Origin: Psammoneis japonica
Taxonomy: Eukaryota
Direction of reading: 5' to 3'
Assembly (NCBI GenBank): GCA_008632985.1
Contig: QPGO01000029.1
Coordinates: 62,001 to 126,000 of the forward strand
DNA length: 64,000 nt
Numbering within the stretch: the stretch's first letter is position 1; each line of letters opens with the position of its first letter. The position numbers and the translations under genes were made by a program. This document shows, one piece after another, positions 51,440 through 64,000 of the stretch. The notes beneath the pieces are model-generated. The model did no database searches, was not told the DNA's origin, and was given only the letters and a program-made list of their open reading frames with translations.

Positions 51440-51738
51440 CTTTTGCTTGGTGCTTTGTGCTATGACACTTCTGTCAAGTACAATGCTCGAAATGGTACTG
51501 TATGCTCCACCGTGTTGGTGTTGTGATGGGGGGGGGGGACGTCTTGGTCAATCGAAGATCGCGATCGAAGATTTGCAAAGAGCAAAAGAAAAAAATCGGG
51601 CGCGCGCGAATGATGCGCAAGAAAAGGTTATGAGCTGGCTTTTCCCGCCATCAAAATCACGAGCAAAAAACTTCCACCCGACTTTCACAATCGACATGAC
51701 TTATCTCAGAACAAAAACAAGCACTAAAGTCGTTAATT

Positions 51739-54190
51739 ATGGAAGTGCAACACCGCAACGATGCGTCAATTTACTGCCTATCGGCAGGACCAACCCTTCC
51801 AGAATGGCTGGGTGAACGAGCACGTCGAAATTTGTCAAAACGCGATGAATCCATCCGGCGTCGCATTGAACTGTTACAAGATTTCGCAATGCCGTCATCG
51901 TCCTCCAAGGTTGTGCAGTCTGCTGATGGGCGTTACATTATAGCGGCGGGTACATACCCACCAAGAATTCGATGTTATGATGTTCATGATTTGACAATGA
52001 AATTTGAGAGATATGTGAATTCCCACATTGTCGATGTCACGTTGCTCGGGGAAGACTATGGCAAAATTGCACTGCTTCTCGACGACCGCACAGTAGCGTT
52101 TCATGCACCCTACGGAGCGCACGAATCGATTCGTATTCCAACATTTGGAAGAGCCATGGGATACGAACCAGCAAATTGTGAACTTCTTTTAGCTGCCAAG
52201 GGAAATCAACTTTACAGACTGAGTTTGGAGGAAGGCCGATTTTGTGAACCTTGGTCCTTTGAGCCGACGGCAGCTTCATCGACTTGTATCGCTGTCAGTC
52301 CAGCTCATCCTTTGGCAGCCGTAGGGGGTGATGATGGAATTGTTCGTTTCTGGGACAATCGTTCTTCGGATAGTCTCTTGAAACCATTTTTACAACTAGA
52401 CGTTCAAGGAGCAACTGCCGGCTACGGATACGCAGACGACAATACATTCGGAAATCCAGCGGAAATCACCTCCATTGCACACGATCCTAGTGGAATGTAC
52501 ATGGCAGCAGGAACGGCTGGTGGAGTTGTTGCTCTCTACGACGTTCGATCGAGCAAGCCCATGCACGTGATGGAGCACAAGCACGGCATGCCAATTCACA
52601 CTGTGCAGTTTCACTCGGGTAGTGGCAACGTGCTCAGTTCAGACGAAAAGTTGGTCAAACTATGGCGTTACAAGCCAGCGTCTACTTGCAGCAGCAACAG
52701 CAGTTCCTCTGCGGGTTCTGCTGGTGACAGTGGCAAGGTTGGATCCATTGTCGCCAATGTCGAGGGATCGGGAAAGTTTACTCATTTCATTACGGCAGGC
52801 GACGAACGTGATTCAAATGGTCAAAGGAGTGGATTAATTCTGTGTGCTACCGATCAACCAAAGATGGATTCCTTCTATGTCCCTGCACTAGGATTGGCGC
52901 CCAAATGGTGCTCTTTTCTTGATAATATCACAGAAGAGCTGGAGGAACGTGACCTTGCTCGCGACGGGACCTCCGGAGGAGGCGCGGATGATCTCGTTCG
53001 AGACGGGAAGGAAAGCATTTACGAGAATTACAAGTTTGTTAGTCGAGATGAGGTGGACAAGTTGGGAATATCGAATCTGGTCGGTACACCCCTGTTGCGA
53101 GGGTATATGCACGGATTCTTTATGGATATTCAACTGTACAATCGAGTTCGTGCGGTTGCCAATCCGTTTGAGTACGAAGAGTACCGAAAGAAGAAACTCA
53201 AGGAGCGCATTGAAGCCAAGCAGTCGAGTCGTATTGCACCAAAACAAAAGGGATCCAAAAAGACGTCCAAGCATGCCGTCAATCCTGAACTCGCCGAGAG
53301 ACTCATGGAAAAAGCCGGCGAAAAGACCAAATCAGGCAAGGTTGCGAATCGTCTCTTGTCGGATGATCGTTTTGGAGCGTTGTTTACAAACCCTGATTAT
53401 CAAATCGATGAAGAGGATATCAACTTTAAATTGAGAAACCCGAGTGGCGTGGCTGCCTCAAAGAAGAAGAGTCAAGGGAACGATTTTGATAGTGACGAAG
53501 ACAACTCGGATAACGATGAGGATCGTGAACCGCTAGGCTTTCAGCGAGTCGAAAGCGACAACGAAGAAGATGCTTACAGCGATGCTTCTAGTGATTCGGA
53601 TGACGGTGAAGATGGATTCCGTGGTGCCAAGGTAAGACATCTCGCGACACTGACTACGTTTTGTCATGTGGGGAACCCCGCTAACATACGTTGCTCATGT
53701 CGTACCATAGGTGCGAGGTGAAATGTATGAGACAATGAAAGAGATGGAACCATCCAACAAAAAAAAGGTTGTCGATAAGAAAAAGAAGCAATCACAATCA
53801 AAGAAGAAGAAAAAGACCCCGAAAAAGGCAGTAATGTACGAGGCAGAAGACCTGGATGACGGCGGCAAAAGTGCGTTGGATGTTGGATTAGGAGATGCGT
53901 CCGCCTCAATTCGCGCATCGCAGAGAAGCATTGAGATGAGTATGACTCTGGAAGAACGACTCAAGATGAAGGAATCGCAGGAGGAAATGGATGGAACAAC
54001 TTTTCGATCTAGTTCCACCAAGGGAGTTGGCGTATCACGAGAGGTGACCTACGTCCCAAAAGACGTGAGAAGAAAGATGGAGGAGGCGAAGAAGAGAAAA
54101 GACCAAGGAGAGGATACAAACGGAGGCCGCCGTCGAAAACGCAGGGGAATCAAAGAACTTGGGTTTAAAACACCCTTCAAGAACAAGTAG
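51739..54190 (+). CDS. NOL10: Nucleolar protein 10 / Enp2 (WD40 + NUC153), 2 exons
   Basis: 'RRRIELLQDFAMP', 'GTYPPRIRCYD', 'LGLAPKWCSFLDNITEELEE', 'YENYKFV', 'LLRGYMHGFF', 'DDRFGALFTNPDYQIDE'. Intron 53632-53710. Confidence 0.96.
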
Positions 54191-54379
54191 CGCTTCTTTA
54201 TAATGGCTTTATAAAATGTTTTTCCTACCCTGAAGTTCAGTTGCGGCTGTGCTCCTCTTTCTAATCTTGCTATGGCCTAAGGTATGGCGGATCATATTTC
54301 AGAAATCCCTACAAAGAATATGCTCCATGGTGCGGGAAGTGAGTTTGGGCTACCATATCATCAAAGGCAGGTCCTCTGC

Positions 54380-54660
54380 TTAGTCTAGACTTACTCTCTA
54401 GACTTACGTTGATATGGGGACCGCAGAAAGTACGACAGGACGAGAGTGTATTGTGGTAGGGACTAGTAGAAGTAGCTACCGGTAGAGTTAGTACGCTACA
54501 AGCTACAAGCAGTATTCTAGAGAGATACCGGTATGACGACTCTACTCTAATAGTAGAAAGTTATCTACTCTCTACTCTCTAGAGAGTGGTAGAGAGTAGA
54601 TTCTCTCTCTCTCTCTCTCTCTAGAGTAGCTAGAGTAGAGAGAGCATCTACTTCTACAAT
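54380..54660. repeat. CTAG/TAGAG/CTCTA-rich low-complexity patch containing a (CT)n microsatellite
   Basis: Dense 'ctctag', 'agtag' and 'ctac' words; (CT)n at ~54602-54622. Confidence 0.8.
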
Positions 54661-54857
54661 TTTGAACCACAGGGCCTCGAAAGTGACCTCGCGCGCGAAC
54701 AACCTACGGACGCGCCAAAATGACGTCAACAATTGGAGTTCTCATCCGTTGATTTGATTGGCTGGATGACGCGCCAAAAATTGAATGGACGGACGGTGTT
54801 GCGTGGTGATGGAAGCACAAGTCACAAAAAACAAGAGAATCCTTTGCATCCACCACC

Positions 54858-56800
54858 ATGACGACGACGCTACTTCAGCTATCTCGCGGCTTGAATCGTG
54901 CCCGTTCCAAGCTTATTTCTCCTACAAGTCTGTCAGTGAGATATCTTACAGGAACTGGGATTCCTGTAGATATCGATCACTACGAATCTGGTGCCCGTTC
55001 CAAGCTCATTTCTCCTACAAGTCTGTCAGTGAGATATCTTACAGGAACTGGGATTCCTGTAGATATCGATCACTACGAATCTGGTTGGAAGTTAGACGTC
55101 TCTGATTTCATGAGTCCTGGCAAGTATCACATTGCCACCTTTAACAAGATTTCAGAAAAGGTTCGTCAAGTTCTTTTTCGATTATCATGCTGATAATCAT
55201 GTCCTTTCGACCGTCGTGGGCTTTTAATAATCAGCAGATAACGTACTCTATTTCTGTCTGATCGCTATTCCCACGCAAACGAAAAACGGTTACACGTCTT
55301 TTTGAATATGTGGCTCTGAGATCATTCTTGATTTATGAGGATGCTGCGACTGTAGACGTGCTGTACATCTCGGAACTACACTTCTTCTTCCTTTTTTTAT
55401 TTGCAAAAAAAAATCAATCGACTCACTTGTACCGTATTTTACACTTCTTGTTCGCGACATTTATAATGGATTTTGAACACAACTCCAGGGTCTAGGTCGA
55501 TTCCCATCTGAATTGTACGAGGTCAAAGAGGCGAGCGAAGACTACAACGCACACGCGATTCTTCTTCGTTCACACAAGTTGCAGGAATCTGAGGTAGATG
55601 TTACCGTTCGTGCCATTGCTCGCTGTGGTGCAGGGACCAACAATATTCCAGTAGATCGCATGACGGAACTTGGTGTACCCGTTTTCAACACCCCCGGGGC
55701 CAATGCCAATGCTGTCAAGGAACTTATTCTTTGTGGTATGCTCCTTGGTAGTCGAAGAGTAGTGGATGGTGTGAACCACATGAAAGATCTTGGTGCCAAG
55801 GGCTTGGCAAAGGAGCGTGTCGAAAAGGACAAGTCCATGTTTGGTGGCCGGGAACTCATGGGCAAGTCACTTGCTGTGATTGGTTTGGGTCACATTGGTG
55901 CATCGACTGCACGTGATGCTGCTGCACTGGGTATGGATATTGTGGGATACGACCCGGGTCTTTCCATTAGCAGTGCTCTGACTTTGCCTCGGGATATCAC
56001 ACTTGCCGACTCCATTTCGTCGGCTGTGTCAAACGCGGACTACATTAGTCTTAACATTCCGTACATCAAGGGAACTGTCGAAGAGGGAGGCACTCATGGA
56101 ATCATTGGAAAGGACGTTATTGCTCACTTTAAGCCTGATGCTGTGCTGCTCAACTTTGCTCGCGGCGAACTTGTGGACTCTGAGGCTATGAAGGAATTCT
56201 TGGACAATGGCGATGGACGTTATGTATCGGATTTTCCTGATGACGCCCTCTGGGATCACAACAACAGTATCATTCTTCCCCATCTTGGTGCCTCGACTGC
56301 AGAAGCCGAGGACAGCGCTGTGAGTCTTGATGATTTTGTTCATGATTTGCTTCAACTGCTTTTCCGTTGTGATCTAACATGTGGCTCCACGTCTTCTATG
56401 CTCTCAGGCTGCCATGGCTGCAGACACTATTCGGGACTACATTGAAACGGGTACCATTCGCAACTCGGTGAACTTCCCTTCCACGTCTCTACCCGACCGT
56501 CCTGAAAATGCGGTTCGCATTACAGTCGTCAACAAGAACATTCCAGGTATGCTTGCACAAATTACCGAGACTTTTGCCAAAGCAAACCTGAATATTCTTC
56601 AACAAATCAACCAGTCTCGTGGAGATGTTGCCTACAATGTGCTTGATATTGATCCCGATTCCGGAGAAGGCGAATCTGTCAATTTGAAGGACTTGCAACG
56701 AGATGTGACCATGCTTGATGGCGTTCTTAGCAGCAGAGTTTTGTTTGGAACACCGGGCGCAGGTTTTGCGAGGAATGTGGATGGAGAATATTTTGTATAA
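54858..56800 (+). CDS. PHGDH: D-3-phosphoglycerate dehydrogenase with ACT domain, paralog A (mitochondrial-type presequence), 3 exons
   Basis: 'ARCGAGTNNIP', 'FNTPGANANAVKEL', 'VIGLGHIG', 'LLNFARGELVD', 'LPHLGASTAEAE', ACT 'NKNIPGMLAQI'. Introns ~55161-55488 and ~56320-56407. Confidence 0.95.
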
Positions 56801-56890
56801 GCTTCTGTTTTGAGTAAACTCCTAACGAACGGGATTTTTTTTTAGCTAGATACAGTCGTTACTGCTCGTTTTTGTTTGAATCGTTTCTTT

Positions 56891-57199
56891 CTACTCATCT
56901 TTGTCATCTCCTCGTGCTTGCTCAAGTTTTTGTTTATTTTGCTCGGCCAAGGCTGCAATTCGTGCCTTCATGTCGTCGGGCATGCCTGGTTTCTGCACTT
57001 GAGTGTCAAAGGGGTCGTTGTTGTACTTGGAACCGCACGGGTCGCCGCCAATGTACGACACACCAAATTCGGGCTCGTCTTTTGCCTCTGAATGTATCGA
57101 TATCTTTGATCCTCTTTTAGAAGCAGTATGAGTCATAAAGGCATTGCATACAATCGTCAAAGATAGCAGCAACAAGAGAGATAGACGTGGAGACGTCAT
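56891..57199 (-). CDS. Small hypothetical protein with a bipartite plastid-type presequence
   Basis: 'MTSPRLSLLLLLSLTIVCNA|FMTHTASK' (signal peptide followed by Phe at +1); core 'YIGGDPCGSKYNNDPFD'. Confidence 0.75.
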   Translation of the reverse strand: MTSPRLSLLLLLSLTIVCNAFMTHTASKRGSKISIHSEAKDEPEFGVSYIGGDPCGSKYNNDPFDTQVQKPGMPDDMKARIAALAEQNKQKLEQARGDDKDE

Positions 57200-57505
57200 G
57201 GTGAGATGCGCTTGATGCGTTGGGCGATTGCGATGAACGAAAACAAAAAATTGAAAAAAATGTGAGGGGGGGAGCACTGATGACTGAAAATGACTCGTGA
57301 CTGAGAGGACGTCACAGCATTTCTGACGCGCGCTTTTTGAATGCATTTTCCATCACACAAACTTCCCGCCGACCACAAGAAGCCAAGTTTTCACCGCGTC
57401 GCCGCAAGATAGGAGCCCCAAACTTCGAGCCTTCGTACAATAAAAGCATCACCAACGACCACAAGCGAACCGCAACTCTCGCTAGATAAAGGAAAGCAGC
57501 TCATC

Positions 57506-59226
57506 ATGATTGGATCTCGCACACTCACAGCAGCCTCTCAAAGGGCTCGGGTATCCACTTTGATCCCTCGCAAATCTTTTGTGTTCAATGCTGCCGTTCG
57601 TTGTATGTCGGACCGCGCTTTTGATGTTCAGGTCGAGCATGGACGTGGACAGTGGAAGACGTACGGCAACCTCGATAACTACAACCCCGGAAAGTTCCAG
57701 GTCAAAACATTCAACAAAATCTCTCCTATTGGACTAGCTCGTTTTGACGAGGAGAAGTATGATGTCCGTACTGGCGATTCGGAAGCTGCCAATGCGCACG
57801 CCATTCTCCTTCGCTCTCACAAGTTACAAGAAGACGAGGTTGCCCATACGGTTCGTGCCATTGCTCGTTGTGGTGCGGGTACCAACAACATTCCCGTGTC
57901 ACGCATGACTGAACTTGGAATCCCCGTGTTCAACACACCCGGTGCAAATGCAAACGCAGTCAAGGAACTCGTCCTGTGCGGGATGCTTTTGGGTAGTCGC
58001 CGTGTCATTGACGGGATCAATCACATGACAGAACTTGGAAAACAGGGACTTGCAAAGGAGAGAGTCGAAAAGGACAAGGCGTTGTTCGGTGGTCAGGAGC
58101 TTGCGGGAAAGACTCTGGCTGTGATTGGACTTGGTATGGTGTTATCCTCAAAGTGTTTTGCTTGATTTCTTACCCGGTGGTGGATTGTCTATTTCACTCA
58201 CAGTCGCTTTGCTCGCTTATTTGCAGGTCACATTGGGGCCTCAACAGCAAGAGATGCTGGAAGGCTTGGAATGACTTTGAAAGGTGTGTGTATAAATGTG
58301 GTTCTTGCTACGATTCAGTGTCGTCCGCCTTGCTATTTCCCTACTCACCTGCACACCTACGCCTTTCAATCCACATCAAGGTTATGACCCTGGTCTATCA
58401 ATTCAGGCGGCGCTAAAGTTGCCGAGACGTATCGCTCTCGAAGACTCCATCGTTTCCGCTGTTACCGATGCTGATTACATTTCTATCAATATTCCATACA
58501 TCAAGGGCGAAGGAGGGACGCATGGAATCATTGGAGAAGAAGTTATTCAGCATTTCAAACCAGGAGCCGTTCTTCTCAACTTTGCTCGTGGCGAGCTTGT
58601 TGATTCTGAGGCTCTCAAAACCTTTCTCGATAATGGAGACGGCCGTTATGTGTCTGACTTCCCTGATGATTTGCTATGGGACCATAAGAATGCGGTCATC
58701 CTTCCTCATTTGGGTGCGTTTGTTGTTGATTAGACAGCCTTTGTTGCCAGCCCTTGCATTTCTCACTATTCTTTTTTTTTCCAATATCCTCTACACACTC
58801 ATGATAGGAGCATCCACGGAAGAAGCTGAGGATGCCGCTGCCGCCATGGCCGCTGACACGATTCGTGATTTCCTCGAAACTGGAACAATTACGAACTCTG
58901 TAAACTTCCCTGACACGTCTTTGCCAGACTGCCCAGGAAACGCTGTGAGGCTCACGGTTGTGAATAAGAATCTTCCAGGAATGCTTGCCAACATTACAGA
59001 TACCATCGCCAAGGCCGATTTGAATATTCTGCAGCAAATCAACCACTCGAGGGGAGAGATTGCGTACAATGTTGTTGACGTTGCCCTTGCCGACCAGGAC
59101 GTGATGTGCTTCAAGAACGTCCAAGAGAAAATTACCATGTTGGACGGCGTTCTTTCTAGCCGTGTTATCTATGGAGCACCTGGTACTGGATACGCCAAGA
59201 ACCTTGACGGGGATTATTTTGTTTAG
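57506..59226 (+). CDS. PHGDH: D-3-phosphoglycerate dehydrogenase with ACT domain, paralog B (mitochondrial-type presequence), 4 exons
   Basis: Same motifs as paralog A. Arg/Ser/Ala-rich N-terminus ending 'AAVRCMS'. Introns near 58134, 58284 and 58715. Confidence 0.95.
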
Positions 59227-59655
59227 ACGAGTGTTGCTGCTAGCCTCGAGGAGAGCTTCTAACGTTGCATAATCTTGAGCCTTGGACTTGTTTCAAAGAA
59301 GCAAAAGCAATGAACTAGATAACTAGATATACTCGTTGATGTAATTGTTTAGCGCAAATTCATTTCGTTAACGTTACACATTGAGAGCTTAAACGCAACG
59401 CCCCGAGGCTATCGAAGTTGTCCTTTCAATGCATGGATTCGAAATGATAAATTCATCGCACATACGGTGTGAAACATTCACACTGAATATAGAACTTGCA
59501 AATGTATTTGTAGCAAAGACCCTTCCCAATCCATGGAAAAGCAGAATGCGCCATACAAAAATCGGCAGTTTTCAAAAACGGTACGCCATCAAAGTTGCGA
59601 ACCATCAGGCTGAGTAACTACGCATTCACGGCCACTGTTTCGGTCACAAATCGAC

Positions 59656-59995
59656 TTAGTATTGACCACGATCCCATGCTAGTCTGTAAATTTCATCTTG
59701 ACGCTGCGCAACAAAAAGGAAACAATGATGAGCTCCATGCGTAATAGAGAAAAATCTTGGATTTGAAAAAATCTCGACGTACCATTCGGCGATTCTTTTG
59801 CAAGATATTCATGGAAGCATAGCCAACAATTCCTGAAACAGCCATTGACGCCATCAGGACCTTAGGAAAGTGATGCGGCGAGAAAAAGACAAATCTTGCC
59901 ACATCTGACACCCGAGTCTGTCCCGTGCGGACGGCGACGCGAGTGTCATGGACCGCACTCAACATGTGCACTGTTCTCGTTACTGGGTCAGACAT
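59656..59995 (-). CDS. Small single-TM hypothetical protein, 2 exons
   Basis: 'MSDPVTRT..VLMASMAVSGIVGYASMNILQKNRRM' splices via GTACGT..GCAG to 'RQDEIYRLAWDRGQY*'. Confidence 0.65.
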
Positions 59996-60459
59996 TATTT
60001 TTCGATTTTGATGGCCAGGTTCTTTCCTTCTGACTGGATTATGATCCAACCCGTTGTTGTTGTTGACAAGCTTCGATGTTCCCTCGATTACGTGGTTTTA
60101 GCTTCGTGGTGGGAGTTTGTGAGGGCAAACACGACATCAACGCGCATGACAGCGCACCTGTTCGGAATTCTCCGTGGCCGTCGTAGAAAATGTATGAGGA
60201 TTGTACATATAAGTATACTAAAGATCTATTGAATTCCCGCGCTTCTCCAACTTGTTTTCCGGGTCCTTTCATTGTCGTCAGCGAACCTGGGCTATTCTCG
60301 TTTTGGCGCAACATCACCACGTCAGCGTGACAAGAGTATGACGCCCTACGAAGCTCTATACTACAGGATGTGTAAGTAAAAAAGTTATGGAGAAGTACAG
60401 CTGCAACGTGTCAGAAGCAAAGGTACGGTCCGGGTTCGTAGAAGTGACTTTCAGCACAA

Positions 60460-60594
60460 GGACCCTCTCTCTACTCTAGGCTACTGTAGGGCCCCTACAG
60501 TATCTCTACTCTACTAGAGCTAGCTACTGACTCTAGTAGCTACTACTCTAGAGAGAGTAGCTACTAGCTAGCTACTAGCTAGCTTACTCTCTAC

Positions 60595-60636
<42 letters not shown>

Positions 60637-60800
60637 CTGCAGCTAGCTGGAGAGCACCTCTCTCCCCTCTGCTCTAGAGCGAGCAGCTACAGTGGCTACA
60701 ATCATACTCTATTCTAGCTAGAGCGAATCTGCCATACTAGGGCCTACCAGTAGCTAGAGTAGAAGTAGATAGAGCTACCTATTTACATAGAGTAAGAGAG
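60460..60800. repeat. CTAG/AGCT-rich low-complexity patch containing a (GA)n microsatellite
   Basis: Dense 'ctagag', 'tagct' and 'ctact' words; (GA)n at ~60596-60633. Confidence 0.85.
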
Positions 60801-61273
60801 CAAGTTGCCCCAGTCGAAGCTAGAAGAAATGAACAATTCAGGTGACCACTTTTTCCAGGCACAAAGCTCAATGATTCCAGCAGCATGTACCTATAAAGTT
60901 TCTTTGCTCTCAGAAAAGAGATCTCCAGTGAGCTAGATTACTAGGCCTTTGAACCTATTGGATAGAAAAAGGCAAGACAAAATGAAGGAAGCAGTCAATT
61001 CATCAGAGCCTGACCAAACGAATGGACATAGAGATGCTCAAGTAAGCATTCTCCCATGTTGATTGATGTTGCCTCTGCAGCTCTGATTCCTTCTATCCAG
61101 ATCTTGATGCCTACTTGACTCAAGTGCAACTGTTGCGGTTTCTTGGCTGACAAATGTACAGCACAGTTCCAATCCTGACATATCGTTTCGCTCTTCTTGA
61201 TACTATTATTATAACATTGCATTCAGCTAGTTTGTTCTATTTGCTACTAAAGATTCATTGAAACATGTCGTCA

Positions 61274-63007
61274 CTACTTGTCCTCCTTAGAGTCGTCATC
61301 TGAATCATCTTGGAGTTCATATTCAACAAATGACTGACCTCGCTCGTCAGTCCCTTCACTCTTCATAACATCTGTGTCAATGATGCTTTCCAAATCAAGG
61401 TCTCCGTCGTGCATATGTTGCTCGCTTTCGCGCTTGGCTTCCTGTTCCTGTTTTGCAGTTTCTATCTCAAACCGCAGTTGCTCCTCCAGATTGCTAATCT
61501 TTTGTTCCATTTGATTAATAACCCAGTCAATGTCTTCTTCTTTGTATCGTTCTTGTGGTGGCAACTTCAACAGGTCGGCATCTGCTTCTGGATCTAGTCC
61601 TTCCGACCACTCTTCATCGTCAGAGTCATACTTAGCGGCCAATGCGTCGTAGTCCAAACGTTCGGATGTATCAAAGCTATCCTCGGCTTGGAATTCGACA
61701 TCAGCTTGTTGCTTGTCAGCATCAGGTTCACCTTGAGTCGCCGCCAACATTGCCTTCTCCTTTGCCTCTCGTTTCTTTTCCTTTTCTGAGCGAAGGTCTG
61801 GTTTGGGCATCTTCCCAATGACAACTGGATAGGGTTGGTACTGAGTGTAAACGGTTCGTATAGGATCCTTTAGACCAACCGCGGCTCCAAGTGACGGGCC
61901 CTGATACAAGGATTGATCCTTGCCGCCTTCTGAATCTTCGTCATCACTAGCATCGGCGGCGGTGCTGGATTCAAACTCAAAGAACTTCGTGGGGTCACTA
62001 AGCAGTTTTTCGGCACCTTCCTTTTCCATGGCAGCTGTGTTTGCTAGCACCTGCACGTTGGGCACAGGATTAGCTTTAGGAAGATCAAACTGTGATTTTG
62101 TAGCGAAATTGTCTTGCAACATCTCCTTCTGTTTCTCGAGAAGCACCCGCCTTCCTTCGTCTCGAACCATGGCTCGCAATTTCGCCTTGTCTTCCAACTC
62201 TTTCCTTTCGGCCAACCTCTCCTCTGTCCAGAAGTCCTCGTCTAGATTTGCTTCAAAATAGGCCTTCTCAAGCAACTCTTCAAGCAAAAGCTCCCGTTGG
62301 GTAGGATAAGTTTTATCCATGTGCCATGTATGGGATTCGAACTGCCAGAACCCAGCATCGTCGCTTGGCATGGGAGCTCCGATTACTCCGTTTCGACGGC
62401 CCCACAACATTTGTTCAGCTTCAGGAGAAAAGGCTTTCTCAACTTCTTCTGCAGTGGTTAACCACAACGGTGCCTCTTCCTCTAGCTCATCGACAACCAA
62501 TTGTCGAGCTTTCCTAAAGCGTTCATTCCTCGCATCACGATTCTCTTGTGCAACACGCAGCTCCTCTTGGAACTCTTCGTGGCGTTTCTGTTGAATTTCG
62601 CGTTGACGAATGGCGTTCTGAGCCGACCGAATGTTCTTTAACCTCTGCCTCTCCAACCTGAGCCTCGTTTGTTCTTGTCGTTTGGCTTTTTCTTCCGCCT
62701 CGTCTGCAGCTCGTTGCGCTGCTACTTCAGCTGCATACTGTTTGCGGAGTTTAGATACCTCCTTTTTGTATGCCGCTCGTCGAACAGCAAAGTCCGTCGC
62801 TCTCTTTCTCGCAGCTCTGGCAGTCTCTTCCTGCAATATTGCAGAGTTCGAATAAAGCCTCTTAGTGTTCAGAAACGATTTTACATCCTCTTCGATTGAT
62901 CCGCACCGTGCTACACAATAGGCTGGGTGGAAGTATCGACCAACCACAGCGCTGCGGCGAGTTGAACTTAGAGAAAGAGAGCGCAAGACGATTGCAGTAT
63001 TTGACAT
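61274..63007 (-). CDS. Mitochondrial-targeted coiled-coil/acidic protein; N-terminal half weakly resembles mitoribosomal mS26
   Basis: 577-aa ORF with Ser/Arg-rich presequence, long charged helix 'YKKEVSKLRKQYAAEV..LEEEAPLWLTTAEEVEKA' and acidic C-terminal half. The mS26 similarity is by eye only. Confidence 0.8.
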   Translation of the reverse strand: MSNTAIVLRSLSLSSTRRSAVVGRYFHPAYCVARCGSIEEDVKSFLNTKRLYSNSAILQEETARAARKRATDFAVRRAAYKKEVSKLRKQYAAEVAAQRAADEAEEKAKRQEQTRLRLERQRLKNIRSAQNAIRQREIQQKRHEEFQEELRVAQENRDARNERFRKARQLVVDELEEEAPLWLTTAEEVEKAFSPEAEQMLWGRRNGVIGAPMPSDDAGFWQFESHTWHMDKTYPTQRELLLEELLEKAYFEANLDEDFWTEERLAERKELEDKAKLRAMVRDEGRRVLLEKQKEMLQDNFATKSQFDLPKANPVPNVQVLANTAAMEKEGAEKLLSDPTKFFEFESSTAADASDDEDSEGGKDQSLYQGPSLGAAVGLKDPIRTVYTQYQPYPVVIGKMPKPDLRSEKEKKREAKEKAMLAATQGEPDADKQQADVEFQAEDSFDTSERLDYDALAAKYDSDDEEWSEGLDPEADADLLKLPPQERYKEEDIDWVINQMEQKISNLEEQLRFEIETAKQEQEAKRESEQHMHDGDLDLESIIDTDVMKSEGTDERGQSFVEYELQDDSDDDSKEDK

Positions 63008-64000
63008 TGTCCGCCTCTCCCCTTGATAATAATGGTACTGAAAGTATCAAGAGAAGCTCTTTGCTTATCTATCCCTCTCGGCTTTCAAGGTACTTGTAAG
63101 TAAGGTGAAACATCCAACATAGCAATGTCAACACAAGGTCAACACCGCAAACTCCTGTCAGTTGTAACCTCCGCTTTGCGGCCGACGGACAGATGGGCAA
63201 CATGGGCAGATAGATAGAATGGCAGACTGACATGGTTTGTTTTTATCAAACAATGCATATATCGAATTCTGTACGCGGGCAGTATTGATTCATACAAGTA
63301 CCAATTCCCACGAGCCACAAACGTGTGAAATAGATATTTCTGGGTTACGCAGACACTTCACAATTGTGGCTCTCGTGATTCCTGTGATTTCGCGCGACGT
63401 CACAAAATCGAGATTTATGACCACTCGTTTATGTCCGCGGTATGATTTTTAAGTTGTGCTGACACAGGCGAAGTCTATCGGATGCAACGGAGAATCTAGT
63501 CCATTTACTATTGAACTTATAGATAGGCTAGGTAGTAATATTCCTCTACAGCACGAATGTTCATTAGGCTATTCAAACTGATGCACAGCGCACAAGTACA
63601 TAAGGGCTGATAGTTTCATATAAGCCATATCATCTCTGTGAAAAAATCGTTAAATAACTTTCGCAACGGCCAGGGGAAAAACGACTTCTTCAACGGGTCA
63701 CAGGGAGACATTCGTTTGTGCACGTAACGTGAAGCTGAGTACTCGCTCGCCGTAGCGCCCCATACAAACTCAACGTGCGTGCTCTTGTTGTTCTCTCTTC
63801 TTCTTGTAGTTAGTTGTTGATTCAGAAAAACGTGCAGCAAGCGACCATGAACCGCCAGAACTCCCAGCCGGGCGGGGGCGAAACAAGTGAGAAGTCACCT
63901 CTTTCACTCCTTGTCCATGCAGCTGATGCCCAGAATCAGCCAAAGCGACCGCCCAACGGCGGCTCTGGCAGAGGAAAGCCGCCCCAGGCAGCTGCCGGTA

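Noticed and set aside
60995..61222. Additional exon or gene downstream of the 577-aa ORF
   Set aside because: No convincing splice join or recognisable motif; cannot be supported.
63100..64000. Gene at the right end of the window
   Set aside because: Only short ORFs without recognisable motifs; any gene would extend beyond the window.

Overview
Eukaryotic, intron-containing DNA, most likely from a pennate diatom (ASAFAP-type plastid presequence on POR, short GT-AG introns, diatom-like gene families). Ordinary genes include VAMP7, POR, a PX-BAR sorting nexin, three EGF-repeat membrane-protein paralogs (one broken), a lumenal-type kinase, AP-2 alpha, a large secreted transglutaminase fusion protein, NOL10/ENP2 and two PGDH paralogs. 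They are interleaved with blocks of repeat or transposon-derived DNA (~1-9.7k, ~16.0-16.45k, ~18.4-20.2k, ~24.2-24.8k, ~36.7-44.6k, ~49.1-50.7k). The most striking signal is in these blocks. They have lost CpG, as expected from 5mC deamination, and have also lost almost all TpA, with both converted to TpG/CpA. Aligned duplicate copies show TA->TG/CA changes directly, relic ORFs have Cys/His where Tyr is expected, and a captured host gene has an apparent GTAAGT->GCAAGT donor change. This suggests a domain-restricted A:T->G:C hypermutation process at TpA, opposite in direction to fungal RIP. I do not know of a description of it, but I could not search the literature. Family assignments come from motif recognition by eye, without database searches, and block boundaries are approximate.
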